40,447 nucleotides of DNA from contig JAATFS010000353.1 in NCBI GenBank assembly GCA_015655035.1, positions 1 through 40,447 on the forward strand, read 5' to 3'. Position numbers and translations under genes: made by a program. Source of the stretch: Lysobacterales bacterium (lineage in GTDB: Bacteria; Pseudomonadota; Gammaproteobacteria; Xanthomonadales; Xanthomonadaceae). Below, in pieces: positions 25,239 to 37,870 of this stretch. Within the stretch, counting starts at the first letter, position 1, and each line of letters opens with the position of its first letter. A model generated the notes under the pieces. It was given only the letters and a program-made list of their open reading frames with translations, had not been told where the DNA came from and did not search any database.

Positions 25239-26588
25239 ATGCGAGTTGCGATCTTCGGTACCGGCTATGTCGGGCTGGTTACCGGTGCCTGTCTGGCTGA
25301 AGCCGGCCACCATGTGGTCTGCGTCGATATCGACCAGGCCAAGGTGGAGGGACTGCGGCGTGGGATGATACCGATCTACGAGCCGGGCCTGGAGCCGTTG
25401 GTGAACGCCAACTACGCGGCCGGCCGGCTGCGTTTCAGCGGCGATGCGCAGGAAGCCATCGCCCATGGTGAATTCGTGTTCATCGCCGTGGGCACGCCGC
25501 CAGACGAGGACGGCAGCGCCGATCTGCAATATGTGTTGGCAGTGGCGCGCACGATCGGGCGTCATATCGACGGCCCGACGGTCGTCGTCAACAAGTCGAC
25601 GGTGCCTGTGGGCACTGCCGACAAGGTGCGCGCGGCGATACAGGCCGAACTGGATGCACGCGGCGTCGCCCTGGAATTCGATGTCGTGTCCAACCCGGAG
25701 TTCCTGAAGGAAGGCGACGCGGTTGCCGACTGCATGCGCCCGGACCGGATCATCGTCGGCGCCAGCAGGGCCGCTGCGGTGGCGCGGATGCGGCGTTTGT
25801 ATGCGCCGTTCAACCGCAACCGGGATCGGCTCATCGAAATGGACGTGCGTTCGGCCGAGCTGACCAAGTACGCCGCGAATGCGATGCTGGCGACCAAGAT
25901 CAGTTTCATGAACGAGATCGCCAATATCGCCGAACGCGTGGGTGCCGACGTGGAGCAGGTGCGTAACGGCATCGGTTCCGATCCACGCATTGGCTGGCAT
26001 TTCATCTATCCCGGGGCCGGCTATGGTGGCTCCTGCTTCCCGAAGGACGTGCAGGCACTGGCCCGCACCGCGCAGCAGAACGGGATCGACCCGAAGTTGT
26101 TGAACGCGGTGGAGGCGGTCAACGCGCAGCAGAAGGGCCACCTGTTCGAGCTGATCCAGCGGCATTACGATCGCGGCGAAGACGAGGGCGTGGCCGGCAA
26201 GACCTTTGCGGTCTGGGGCCTGGCATTCAAGCCGAACACCGACGACATGCGCGAGGCTTCCAGCCGCCGCCTGCTGGCGCAGTTGTGGGACGCCGGGGCG
26301 AAGGTGCGCGCCTACGATCCGGAAGCGATGGAAGAGGCGAAACGTATCTTCGGCGAGCGCGACGACCTGGTCTTCTGCGCGTCGGAGTTCGATGCGCTGG
26401 AAGGCGCCGACGCGCTGGCCGTGCTCACCGAATGGAAGCAGTTCCGCAGCCCGGATTTCGAGCGGATCCAGCAGGCGCTGAAGGACGATGTGGTATTCGA
26501 CGGACGCAATCTCTACGATCCACTGGAAATCGAGGCCGCCGGACTGGCCTATTACGCTATTGGCCGAGGCCGTTCATTGCATGCATGA
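25239..26588 (+). CDS. ugd: UDP-glucose 6-dehydrogenase
   Basis: [45 protein letters not shown] catalytic Cys. Confidence 0.95.
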   Translation: MRVAIFGTGYVGLVTGACLAEAGHHVVCVDIDQAKVEGLRRGMIPIYEPGLEPLVNANYAAGRLRFSGDAQEAIAHGEFVFIAVGTPPDEDGSADLQYVLAVARTIGRHIDGPTVVVNKSTVPVGTADKVRAAIQAELDARGVALEFDVVSNPEFLKEGDAVADCMRPDRIIVGASRAAAVARMRRLYAPFNRNRDRLIEMDVRSAELTKYAANAMLATKISFMNEIANIAERVGADVEQVRNGIGSDPRIGWHFIYPGAGYGGSCFPKDVQALARTAQQNGIDPKLLNAVEAVNAQQKGHLFELIQRHYDRGEDEGVAGKTFAVWGLAFKPNTDDMREASSRRLLAQLWDAGAKVRAYDPEAMEEAKRIFGERDDLVFCASEFDALEGADALAVLTEWKQFRSPDFERIQQALKDDVVFDGRNLYDPLEIEAAGLAYYAIGRGRSLHA

Positions 26589-26817
26589 TTCACTCTCACC
26601 CCACGAGCAGGCGCTGGAAGCGCGCTTGATCGAGCTGGAAACGCGGCTGTCCTTCCAGGAACAGGCGCTGGCCGAATTGAGCGACGCATTGGCCGATGCC
26701 CGTCTGACGGGCGCGCGCAATGCCGAGCTGATCCGGCTGCTGCTCGATGACCTGGGAAAGGTCCGTACCACGTTGTACGCCGACGCGGCGGAAGAACCCC
26801 CTCCGCCGCATTACTGA
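26581..26817 (+). CDS. slyX: SlyX family protein
   Basis: [17 protein letters not shown]...EEPPPPHY; ATG overlaps the ugd end. Confidence 0.93.
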   Translation: MHDSLSPHEQALEARLIELETRLSFQEQALAELSDALADARLTGARNAELIRLLLDDLGKVRTTLYADAAEEPPPPHY

Positions 26818-26840
26818 ACCGAATCCAGACCGTTGCCGTC

Positions 26841-27485
26841 ATGAGCGATACCCTACGCGACCAGCTGCTGGGGCTGGGCTTCAAGCCAGTGCCCAAACCC
26901 GAGCGCAAGCCCGATCACCGTGGCGCCTCCGGGCGTCCTCATCCCGGCAAGGGCGACAAGCCTGTTGCCGGCAGGCCGCAACGGCCTGCGTCGGGCAACA
27001 AGCCGGCGCACGGCGCGCGTCCGCACGCAAAGCCTGGCGTCAGGCCGCCGCGCTCACGCGAGGAGATCGATCTGGCCAAGGCCTATGCGATCCGTGCCCA
27101 GAAGGAAAAGGACGAGCGCATCGCGGCCGAACGCCTGAAGCAGGAAGAGGCGAGGGTGCGGCGAGAAGCCAAGGCCAAGCTGGAAGAGCTGCTCAAGGAC
27201 AAGGGGCTCAATCAGCCCGAAGCCGACATCGCCCGGCATTTCCCCTATGGCGGCAAGATCAAACGTATCTATGTCAACGCCGAACAGTTGAAGGCGCTCA
27301 ATTCCGGCGAGCTGGGTGTGGTTCAACTCAATGGCCGCTATCTGCTGGTCACGGCGGCGTTGCTGGCCGAGGCCGAATCGGTGTTCGCGCCGTCGGTGGC
27401 GCTGAAGGTGGACCCCAACGCGCCGGCTGCGGACGATCCGTATGCAGATCCGCGCTACCAGGTGCCGGACGATCTGGTTTGGTGA
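26841..27485 (+). CDS. DUF2058 (YaiL-like) protein
   Basis: LRDQLLGLG N-terminus, basic linker, C-terminal DDPYADPRYQVPDDLVW. Confidence 0.88.
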   Translation: MSDTLRDQLLGLGFKPVPKPERKPDHRGASGRPHPGKGDKPVAGRPQRPASGNKPAHGARPHAKPGVRPPRSREEIDLAKAYAIRAQKEKDERIAAERLKQEEARVRREAKAKLEELLKDKGLNQPEADIARHFPYGGKIKRIYVNAEQLKALNSGELGVVQLNGRYLLVTAALLAEAESVFAPSVALKVDPNAPAADDPYADPRYQVPDDLVW

Positions 27486-27650
27486 CCCGTCGCGGCGATC
27501 GCGCACTGCGTGACGCCGCGTTGCGTTCGCATGGCCGGGGTTGCCGGAGAGCGGTGCGAAATAGCCGATTTATTTCCAGATGACGGAGAAAATGGCTGGC
27601 GCATGGCGGTGGCGCGTCCGAATGTTGCACTGCGGAATGCAAAATCGCCC

Positions 27651-27681
27651 TTGGATAGGCCTAATTGGATCGATCTAATTA
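27651..27681. promoter_or_regulatory. Tandem LacI-type operators
   Basis: TTGGATAGGCCTAA (27651-27664) abutting TTGGATCGATCTAA (27665-27678); palindrome TAATTGGATCGATCTAATTA with central CG. Confidence 0.75.
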
Positions 27682-27749
27682 CAGCCTTCCGGAGTCGATC
27701 GCTATGCTCCACGTCATCCCGCCTGCCGTCGGTAGCCAGAAGTAACATC

Positions 27750-28844
27750 GTGGCGACTGCGAGTAAACCTCCCCAGCCGGCGCGCGCCGCGCGACAAGGG
27801 GCTGTCACGCTTAGTGATATCGCTCGGGCGGTAGGCGTATCGCGCGCCACGGTTTCGTTGGTACTGCGCGGCAGCCCGCTGGTACACGCGGACACGCGCC
27901 GCCGCGTGGAAGAGGAACTCAGCCGTCAGCGCTATGTGTACAACCGCGCCGCCGCCAATCTGCGGCGGCGGACGTCGTCCAGCATCGCGCTGGTGATCAA
28001 CGACCTGTCCAATCCCTTCTTCGCCGAATTTGCGGCAGGCGTGGACGAAGCGCTGGGTGATGCCGGCTATGTGACGTTGCTGGGCAGTACCGGCGAATCA
28101 CCGCAGCGCCAGCAAGCGGTGCTGGCGTCGCTGATGGAACAGACGCCGGCCGGGCTGATTCTGTCGCCGGCCGAGGGTAGCGATGTCGCCGCGCTGCGCC
28201 AGGTGCTGGGCCGGCATGACAATGTGCTGTTGTTCAATCGCGAACTCGATGGCGCGGACTGGGACATGCTGGCGCTGGATAACGAGCAAGGTGCCTGTCT
28301 GGCCACTCGTCACCTGATCGAGCGGGGCCATCGCCACGTTGTCTTCTTTGGCGGCCATGCCCAATCCAGTTCGTGCCGGCAACGCCGCAGCGGCTACCTG
28401 CGCGCAATGCGTGATGCGTCGCTGCTCAGCCGTTCGATCGAATCCGCACCGAACCGCCAGGATGCGGCCGCACACACCGCCGAACTGTTCGATGACGCAT
28501 CGGCGCCTGCCACGGCCGCGGTCTGCTACAACGACAGCGTTGCGCTGGGGTTGATGGCAGGCCTGATGGCGCGCGGCATTCGGCCAGGGCAGGATTTCGC
28601 GGTGACCGGCTTCGATGATATCGCCGAGGCCGAGTTGACCACGCCGTCGCTGACCACGGTGGCGGCCGATCCGCGTGCGCGCGGTCACCAGGCCGCCTTG
28701 CTGGTGCTGGATCGGATTCGCGAACCGGAACAGGGTGGCCGGCGGCTGATTGCCGCTGTACAACTCAAGGTGCGTGAAAGCAGCGGCAGCGCGGCTGCGG
28801 CCAGTGATTCTTCCAACATCCCATTTCCATTTCTTAGCCCGTGA
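27750..28844 (+). CDS. LacI-family transcriptional regulator (start uncertain; GTG 27750 chosen)
   Basis: HTH VTLSDIARAVGVSRATVSLVL, YVYNRAAANL hinge, NPFF, CYND, GFDDI, PSLTTV. Confidence 0.93.
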   Translation: MATASKPPQPARAARQGAVTLSDIARAVGVSRATVSLVLRGSPLVHADTRRRVEEELSRQRYVYNRAAANLRRRTSSSIALVINDLSNPFFAEFAAGVDEALGDAGYVTLLGSTGESPQRQQAVLASLMEQTPAGLILSPAEGSDVAALRQVLGRHDNVLLFNRELDGADWDMLALDNEQGACLATRHLIERGHRHVVFFGGHAQSSSCRQRRSGYLRAMRDASLLSRSIESAPNRQDAAAHTAELFDDASAPATAAVCYNDSVALGLMAGLMARGIRPGQDFAVTGFDDIAEAELTTPSLTTVAADPRARGHQAALLVLDRIREPEQGGRRLIAAVQLKVRESSGSAAAASDSSNIPFPFLSP

Positions 28845-28894
28845 CGCCGAACGGCGTACATGGATTCCCTCTCCCCCCTCCTATTGCCTCTCCG

Positions 28895-30172
28895 ATGACC
28901 CCAAAAAATCCCGTCAATAATCGCGTCGCCTTGGCAGTGGCCACCATGATCTTCTTCATGTGGGGCTTTCTGACCTGTCTCAACGATATTCTGATCCCGC
29001 ATCTGAAATCGGTATTCGAGCTCAACTTCGCCCGCGCGATGTTGGTGCAGTCCACCTTCTTCGGCGCCTATTTCCTGATGGGCTTGCCCGCTGGCCGGCT
29101 GGTGGCGCATCTGGGCTACAAGCGCGGCATCGTGGCCGGCCTGGCGATCGCCGGGATCGGCGCGCTCGGGTTCTGGCCCGCCGCTGAACTGCGCAACTAC
29201 ACCGCGTTCCTCAGTGCGTTGTTCGTGCTGGCCACCGGCATCACGGTGCTGCAAGTGGCTGCCAACCCGTACGTGGCATTGCTGGGACCGGAGCGCAGCG
29301 CCTCCAGCCGGTTGACGCTGGCACAGGCATTGAATTCGCTGGGTACGGCGATTGCCCCGATCTTCGGCGGCTTGCTGATCCTGTCCAACACGGTGAAGAG
29401 CGGCGATGAGATCGCACAGCTGTCGCAGGCCGAGCAACTGGCCTACCGGGTTCAGGAGGCCCAGGCGGTGCAGGGGCCGTATCTGGGTTTGGCCGTAGTG
29501 TTGTTCCTGCTGGCGGTGTTTGTGTTCCTGTTCCGTCTGCCGGCATTGACGGAAGCCACCGAAAAGGCCGGTGCACATCAGCACACCCTCGCCGATGCGC
29601 TGCGCCATCCGCACGTGCGTTTCGGCGTGCTGGCGATCTTCTTCTACGTGGGTGCAGAAGTCGCAATCGGCAGCCTGATGGTGAACTACTTCTCGATGCC
29701 CGAGATCGGTGGTTTCAGCGAGCGCGAGGCAACCCACTACGTGTCTGCGTACTGGACGCTGGCGATGATCGGCCGTTTCATCGGCTCGGCGTTGTTGGCC
29801 AAGTTGTCGCCGCGGATCCTGTTGTCGATTTTCGCCGCGGTCAACGTCGGCCTGCTCGGCCTGACCCTGGGCAGCAGCGGCATGCTGGCGGTGTATTCGC
29901 TGGTGGCGATCGGCCTGTTCAACTCGATCATGTTCCCGACCATCTTCGCGCTGGGTATCGAACGCCTTGGGCCGCTGACCGGCCGCGCTTCGAGCCTGCT
30001 GATCATGGCGATCGTCGGTGGCGCGCTGGTGCCGTATCTGCAGGGCCAGTTGGCCGATCGCATCGGTCTGCAGCCCTCGTTCGTGTTGCCGCTGCTGTGC
30101 TACCTGTACCTGGTGTTCTATGGCATCTGGGGTTCGCGTCTGCGCGGTGATCTGGCACAGGAGCGTGCATGA
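28895..30172 (+). CDS. MFS sugar transporter, FucP/GluP family
   Basis: FFMWGFLTCLNDILIP, LQVAANPYV, AQALNSLG, FYVGAEV, SIMFPTIF; start uncertain. Confidence 0.92.
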   Translation: MTPKNPVNNRVALAVATMIFFMWGFLTCLNDILIPHLKSVFELNFARAMLVQSTFFGAYFLMGLPAGRLVAHLGYKRGIVAGLAIAGIGALGFWPAAELRNYTAFLSALFVLATGITVLQVAANPYVALLGPERSASSRLTLAQALNSLGTAIAPIFGGLLILSNTVKSGDEIAQLSQAEQLAYRVQEAQAVQGPYLGLAVVLFLLAVFVFLFRLPALTEATEKAGAHQHTLADALRHPHVRFGVLAIFFYVGAEVAIGSLMVNYFSMPEIGGFSEREATHYVSAYWTLAMIGRFIGSALLAKLSPRILLSIFAAVNVGLLGLTLGSSGMLAVYSLVAIGLFNSIMFPTIFALGIERLGPLTGRASSLLIMAIVGGALVPYLQGQLADRIGLQPSFVLPLLCYLYLVFYGIWGSRLRGDLAQERA

Positions 30173-31164
30173 GTCAGGTAGCAGCCAAGATCGTCTGTTT
30201 CGGCGAAGCGCTGATCGACATGATGGCGATGCCGCCGGAATCGCCGCAGGCGCCGCGCGCCTTCCTGCAACATGCCGGCGGTGCGCCGGCCAACGTTGCG
30301 GTGGCGGTGGCCCGGCTCGGGGGGCAAAGTCATTTCGTAGGGATGCTCGGGCAGGACATGTTTGGTGACTTCCTGCTGAAGAGCCTGGCCGATGCCGGTG
30401 TGGTCACCGATGGCATCGTCCGCACCGGCGAGGCCAAGACGGCATTGGCGTTCGTGGCCTTGGACGAAGCCGGCGAGCGCAGCTTCAGCTTCTATCGTCC
30501 GCCGTCGGCGGATCTGCTGTTTCGTGCCGAGCACTACCTGCCCGATGCATTCGAAGGTGCGGCGATCTTCCATGTCTGCACCAACAGCATGACCGAGGCC
30601 GAGGTGGCCGAGTCCACGTTCGAGGGCATGCGTCGCGCGCAGGCCAGCGGCGCGGTGGTCAGCCTGGATCTCAATCTGCGTCCGGCACTGTGGCCGCATG
30701 ATGTCGATCCCGCGCCCCGGCTATGGCAGGCGTTGGCGATGGCCGACGTGGTCAAGCTTTCGCGCGAGGAATTCGACTATCTGGCCGGTACGCTAAACAG
30801 CGATACCACGTCGGTGGTGCAGAAGCTCTGGCAAGGCCGGACCCAGTGGCTGCTGGTCACCGATGGTGGCGGGCCGCTGCATTGGTTCACTCGCAGCGAC
30901 TCTGGCCAGGTGCCGTCCTACCAGGTGCAGGTGCAGGACACGACGGCGGCCGGGGATGCCTTCGTCGGTGGCCTGCTGCTGCAACTGGCGCGTCTGGTGA
31001 GTGATGCGCAAGGCCTGGAAGGCTTTTGCGCCGAACCGGCCAAGATGGAGCAGGCGATCCGCTTTGCCGCAGCGGTAGGAGCGCTGGCGGTGACCCGCAA
31101 GGGCTCCTTCGCGGCGATGCCCAGCCATGCAGATGTACTCGAATTGATCCAGGAACAGTCATGA
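30169..31164 (+). CDS. PfkB-family carbohydrate kinase (fructokinase-like)
   Basis: GEALID, GGAPANVAVAVARLG, DLNLRPALW, DTTAAGDAFVGG; ATGA overlap. Confidence 0.93.
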   Translation: MSQVAAKIVCFGEALIDMMAMPPESPQAPRAFLQHAGGAPANVAVAVARLGGQSHFVGMLGQDMFGDFLLKSLADAGVVTDGIVRTGEAKTALAFVALDEAGERSFSFYRPPSADLLFRAEHYLPDAFEGAAIFHVCTNSMTEAEVAESTFEGMRRAQASGAVVSLDLNLRPALWPHDVDPAPRLWQALAMADVVKLSREEFDYLAGTLNSDTTSVVQKLWQGRTQWLLVTDGGGPLHWFTRSDSGQVPSYQVQVQDTTAAGDAFVGGLLLQLARLVSDAQGLEGFCAEPAKMEQAIRFAAAVGALAVTRKGSFAAMPSHADVLELIQEQS

Positions 31165-32387
31165 CGCCCCAGCCCGAAAACCCTACGCCGGATTTCCGTT
31201 CGGCCGATTTCCTGCGTCGCCATATCGCCGACACCATGGCGTTCTACCATCCGCGTGCGATCGATCCGGCGGGCGGTTTCTTCCACTATTTCCGCGACGA
31301 CGGTTCTGTCTACGATGCCGGGCACCGGCACCTGGTGAGCAGCACGCGTTTCGTCTTCGACTATGCGATGGCCTACCGCGAATTCGGCAACGCCGAGTAT
31401 CTGGAGGCGGTCCACCACGGGCTGGATTATCTGCGCAACGTGCATCGCAATCCGGCAACGGGGGGCTATGCCTGGACGCTACGCGATGGCGTGGTCGAGG
31501 ACGACATGAACCACTGCTATGGCGTGGCGTTCGTGTTGCTGGCCTATTCCTGTGGGTTGAAGGCCGGCATCGAACAGGCGCGTGGCTGGATGGACGAAAC
31601 CTGGCAGTTGCTGGAGCGGTACTTCTGGGAAGCGGAGTACGGCCTGTACAAGGACGAGGCCGATGCGCAGTGGAACTTCAGCGACTACCGTGGCCAGAAC
31701 GCCAACATGCACATGTGCGAGGCGATGCTGGCGGCGTTCGAGGCCAGTGGTGAACGTCGTTACCTGGAGCGTGCGTTGTTGCTGGCCGATCACATGACCC
31801 GACGGCAGGCGGCCAAGGCGGGCGGGCTGGTGTGGGAGCATTACGATCCGCAGTGGAACATCGACTGGGACTACAACCGCGACAATCCCAAGCACCTGTT
31901 TCGTCCGTGGGGTTTCCAGCCCGGGCACCAGACCGAGTGGGCCAAGCTGCTGGTGATTCTGGACCGCCACGTGGAGGCCGACTGGCTGCTGCCGACGGCC
32001 AGGCAGCTGTTCGATACGGCGGTGGAGCGTTCCTGGGATCAGGCACGCGGCGGCTTGTACTACGGTTTCGATCCGGAAGGCCGGGTCTGCGATGACGACA
32101 AGTATTTCTGGGTGCAGGCCGAGTCGCTGGCGACGGCGGCATTGCTGGCCGCACGCAGCGGTGACGAGGTGTATTGGCAGTGGTACGACAAGTTATGGGC
32201 GTACGCGTGGAAGCATCTGGTCGATCATCGGTATGGCGCTTGGTATCGCATTCTGGATGCGGATAATCGCAAATACAGTGATGAGAAGAGTCCGGCGGGG
32301 AAGACCGACTATCACACGATGGGTGCCTGTCATGAGGTGCTGAACGTGGTGCGGGCGAGGGCGCCCGACGCGAGCCGGTACGAATAA
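31161..32387 (+). CDS. AGE-family epimerase/isomerase (YihS/mannose isomerase-like)
   Basis: HLVSSTRF, RGQNANMHMCEA, QPGHQTEW, KYFWVQAE, GKTDYH; ATGA overlap, start 31161. Confidence 0.92.
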   Translation: MTPQPENPTPDFRSADFLRRHIADTMAFYHPRAIDPAGGFFHYFRDDGSVYDAGHRHLVSSTRFVFDYAMAYREFGNAEYLEAVHHGLDYLRNVHRNPATGGYAWTLRDGVVEDDMNHCYGVAFVLLAYSCGLKAGIEQARGWMDETWQLLERYFWEAEYGLYKDEADAQWNFSDYRGQNANMHMCEAMLAAFEASGERRYLERALLLADHMTRRQAAKAGGLVWEHYDPQWNIDWDYNRDNPKHLFRPWGFQPGHQTEWAKLLVILDRHVEADWLLPTARQLFDTAVERSWDQARGGLYYGFDPEGRVCDDDKYFWVQAESLATAALLAARSGDEVYWQWYDKLWAYAWKHLVDHRYGAWYRILDADNRKYSDEKSPAGKTDYHTMGACHEVLNVVRARAPDASRYE

Positions 32388-32548
32388 AGCCGCACCGGGC
32401 CCCTGCGCTTCTCGCCAAGGACGGCATTCATGCCCTTTTCCGGGATGGCGCTCACTTCGTTCAAACAAGGCGCCTATTTAGCCTTGGCGCCCACCCCCGA
32501 GTTGGATGCGATTTCCAGCGAATGAGGTCGACGTGGTCGCATGAGGTA

Positions 32549-33907
32549 TCAACGTGGGCGGTAGTCGTCGATGCCGCCGGCCACGTGTTGCCCGTCTTGC
32601 CATACGGCGGCGATGCGCCGGGTGTTGAGGATGTCTAGGGTGGGGTCGGCTTCCAGTACCAACAGGTCGGCGCGCAGTCCCGGGGCGATGCGGCCACGGT
32701 CCTTCAGTCCGAGCAGTTTGGCTGCGTCGCGGGTGGCGATGGTAAGGGCTTGTGCGGGGGTGAATCCGGCCTGGGTCATCAGTTCCAGTTCGCGGTGTTC
32801 GGCGAAACCGATGACACGCTGCGGCAGTGCGCCTGCGTCGGTGCCGAAGCCGATCCTGATCCCCGCGCTGCGCAGGGTGCGCAGGTTGTCCAGGTTGGTG
32901 GCGACGGCCTTGCGTGCGGCGGCAATGCCGGGGCCGGCCAGCTGCGCGTCGCGCCAGGCCTGGTCGCTCCACTGTGCGCGCACGGCTTGCGGCAGTGCAT
33001 TGCGCAGGAAGCGTTGCTGCAGCCATTGCGGATGTTCCGCGTAGAGGTAGTTGGCTTCGTCGATGTTGACCGTGGGGATGTACCAGGTGCCGGCGGTGAA
33101 CATCGCTGCGACCAGGGCTGGATCGATCGGGTTGTCGCGCACGCCGTGGGCGATTACGTCCAGGCCGCTGGCGACCAGGTCGGTGGCTGGCGCCAGGTCG
33201 TGGATGTGCGCGGCGACCTTGAGATTGTGTTCGTGCGCCTCATCGATCGCAGCGCGATAGACCTCTGGGCTCATCATCGGGAACTTTCCGCCGATGTCGT
33301 CGACCCAGAGCTTGATCAGGTCGACACCGGCCTTGGCCTGGTCGCGCACTGCTGCGCGCGCAGATGCGGCATCGGCGGGACGCGCTACCGGATCGTGGGA
33401 CAGACCCATCACGTCCGCAGGCGGGGCGCCCGCCGGGGCGCCGATGCCGGGCCCGGCACCCTTGAGCTGCGCGCCCAGCGCGGGTGCGCGGTTGATCTCG
33501 TCGCGGAGCGCATAGAACGACGGCGCATTCATGCCCAATGCGGTGACGGTGGTAATGCCATAGGCCTGGAACTGGCGCAGGTCGCGGATCACGTTGTCGC
33601 GGGTGTAGAAGCGGTCGCCGTGGCCGGTGCCGGACGTGTTGCCGACATGAGCGTGGTCGCTGACCAGGCCAGGCACCAGGTATTTGCCGCGATAGTCGAT
33701 GCGGCGTGCATTCGCTTCCAGGGCTGCTCCGGCGGCGGCGTTGACCTGGACGATGCGGCCATCGCGGATCACCACATCGCGGATCCCGAGGTTGCGTTCG
33801 CCATCGAAGACGTGAGCACCTTCGAACACGAGCGTTTCGGCATGCAGGCTCGATGGAATGGCCGTCACCACGGCCAGGAAAAGCGGAAGAATGCGAAAGG
33901 CTTGCAT
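32549..33907 (-). CDS. Exported metal-dependent amidohydrolase
   Basis: ATG 33907 with AAGGAG SD; signal peptide ending LHA; PGLVSDHAH (HxH), IKLW Lys, AAH, IAHG, GTDAG, GRIAPGLRADL. Confidence 0.88.
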   Translation of the reverse strand: MQAFRILPLFLAVVTAIPSSLHAETLVFEGAHVFDGERNLGIRDVVIRDGRIVQVNAAAGAALEANARRIDYRGKYLVPGLVSDHAHVGNTSGTGHGDRFYTRDNVIRDLRQFQAYGITTVTALGMNAPSFYALRDEINRAPALGAQLKGAGPGIGAPAGAPPADVMGLSHDPVARPADAASARAAVRDQAKAGVDLIKLWVDDIGGKFPMMSPEVYRAAIDEAHEHNLKVAAHIHDLAPATDLVASGLDVIAHGVRDNPIDPALVAAMFTAGTWYIPTVNIDEANYLYAEHPQWLQQRFLRNALPQAVRAQWSDQAWRDAQLAGPGIAAARKAVATNLDNLRTLRSAGIRIGFGTDAGALPQRVIGFAEHRELELMTQAGFTPAQALTIATRDAAKLLGLKDRGRIAPGLRADLLVLEADPTLDILNTRRIAAVWQDGQHVAGGIDDYRPR

Positions 33908-33999
33908 GTGCCTTGCTCCTTGCGGTGGGAGCACAGCCTAACGGCAGCGCGGTGGCCGAGCGGTGACGGTACGGGTGGGCGCCGTCGCCGCGATCGCGC

Positions 34000-36702
<2,703 letters not shown>

Positions 36703-36712
36703 CGAGGATGCC

Positions 36713-37870
36713 TCACGCGGCCTGTTCCGCCGCGCCAGGGAGCCGGCGCGGGGCGATATCGGCCACCGCTTCGGCAATGGCGCGGATGTGTTCAGGGGTG
36801 GTGCCGCAGCAGCCGCCGACCAGATTGAGCAGGCCGGACTGGGCGAATTCCTTCAAGGTGGCGGCCATCTCTTCCGGAGTCTCGTCGTACTCGCCGAAGG
36901 CATTGGGCAAGCCGGCGTTGGGGTGCGCGCTGACATAGGCATCGGCGACATTGGCCAGGGTCTCGACATGCGGGCGCAGGTCGCTGGCGCCCAGTGCACA
37001 GTTCAGCCCGATCGACAACGGCCGTCCATGCGCCACCGAGGCATAGAAAGCCTCGGCGGTCTGCCCGGAAAGCGTACGTCCGGAGGCATCGGTGATGGTG
37101 CCGGAAATCATCACCGGCAGCCGGCCGCCGCGTGCTTCGAAGACTTCCTCGATCGCGTACAGCGCAGCCTTGGCGTTGAGGGTGTCGAAGATGGTCTCGA
37201 CCATCAAGGTGTCGGCGCCGCCGTCGATCAGGCCGTCGATCGCCGCGCGATAGGTACCGCGCAGCTCGTCGAAGCTGGTGTTGCGGAAGCCCGGGTCGTT
37301 GACGTCCGGGCTGATCGAGGCGGTGCGGCTGGTTGGCCCGAGCACACCGATGACGAAGCGTGGCTTGTGCGGCGTCAGCGCCTGGACCGCGTCGCAGCAC
37401 TCGCGCGCCACCCGGGCGCCGGCCTTGTTCAGTTCGTAGACCAGGTGTTCGAGGTGGTAGTCGGCCTGGCTGACCGAGGTGGCGTTGAAGGTATTGGTTT
37501 CGAGCAGATCGGCGCCCGCGTCAAGGTAGGCGCGGTGGATGTCGGCAATGATCTGCGGCTGGGTGAGCAGGAGCAGGTCGTTGTTGCCCTTGAGGTCGTG
37601 GCCCTGAGGCGCGTGATCGCAGCCCGGGCCATGCGTGTGGCCCGCGTCGGACGCCGGTGCCCGGATCGAATCGAATCCCTGCGCGAAGCGTTCGCCCCGG
37701 TAGTCGGCCTCCTGCAACCCATGGCGCTGGATCATCGTGCCCATCGCGCCATCGATGATCAGAATGCGCCTGGCCAGCGCCTGCTCGAGTGCCTCCGCGC
37801 GTTGCGGCTGCAGCCACGGCAACGAGAGCGGCTTCCGGGGCTTGGAACCGGGGGACGGGGCGGCGGTCAT
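36713..37870 (-). CDS. metH: Methionine synthase N-terminal homocysteine-binding domain as a separate gene
   Basis: [43 protein letters not shown] zinc ligands; start ATG 37870. Confidence 0.95.
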   Translation of the reverse strand: MTAAPSPGSKPRKPLSLPWLQPQRAEALEQALARRILIIDGAMGTMIQRHGLQEADYRGERFAQGFDSIRAPASDAGHTHGPGCDHAPQGHDLKGNNDLLLLTQPQIIADIHRAYLDAGADLLETNTFNATSVSQADYHLEHLVYELNKAGARVARECCDAVQALTPHKPRFVIGVLGPTSRTASISPDVNDPGFRNTSFDELRGTYRAAIDGLIDGGADTLMVETIFDTLNAKAALYAIEEVFEARGGRLPVMISGTITDASGRTLSGQTAEAFYASVAHGRPLSIGLNCALGASDLRPHVETLANVADAYVSAHPNAGLPNAFGEYDETPEEMAATLKEFAQSGLLNLVGGCCGTTPEHIRAIAEAVADIAPRRLPGAAEQAA

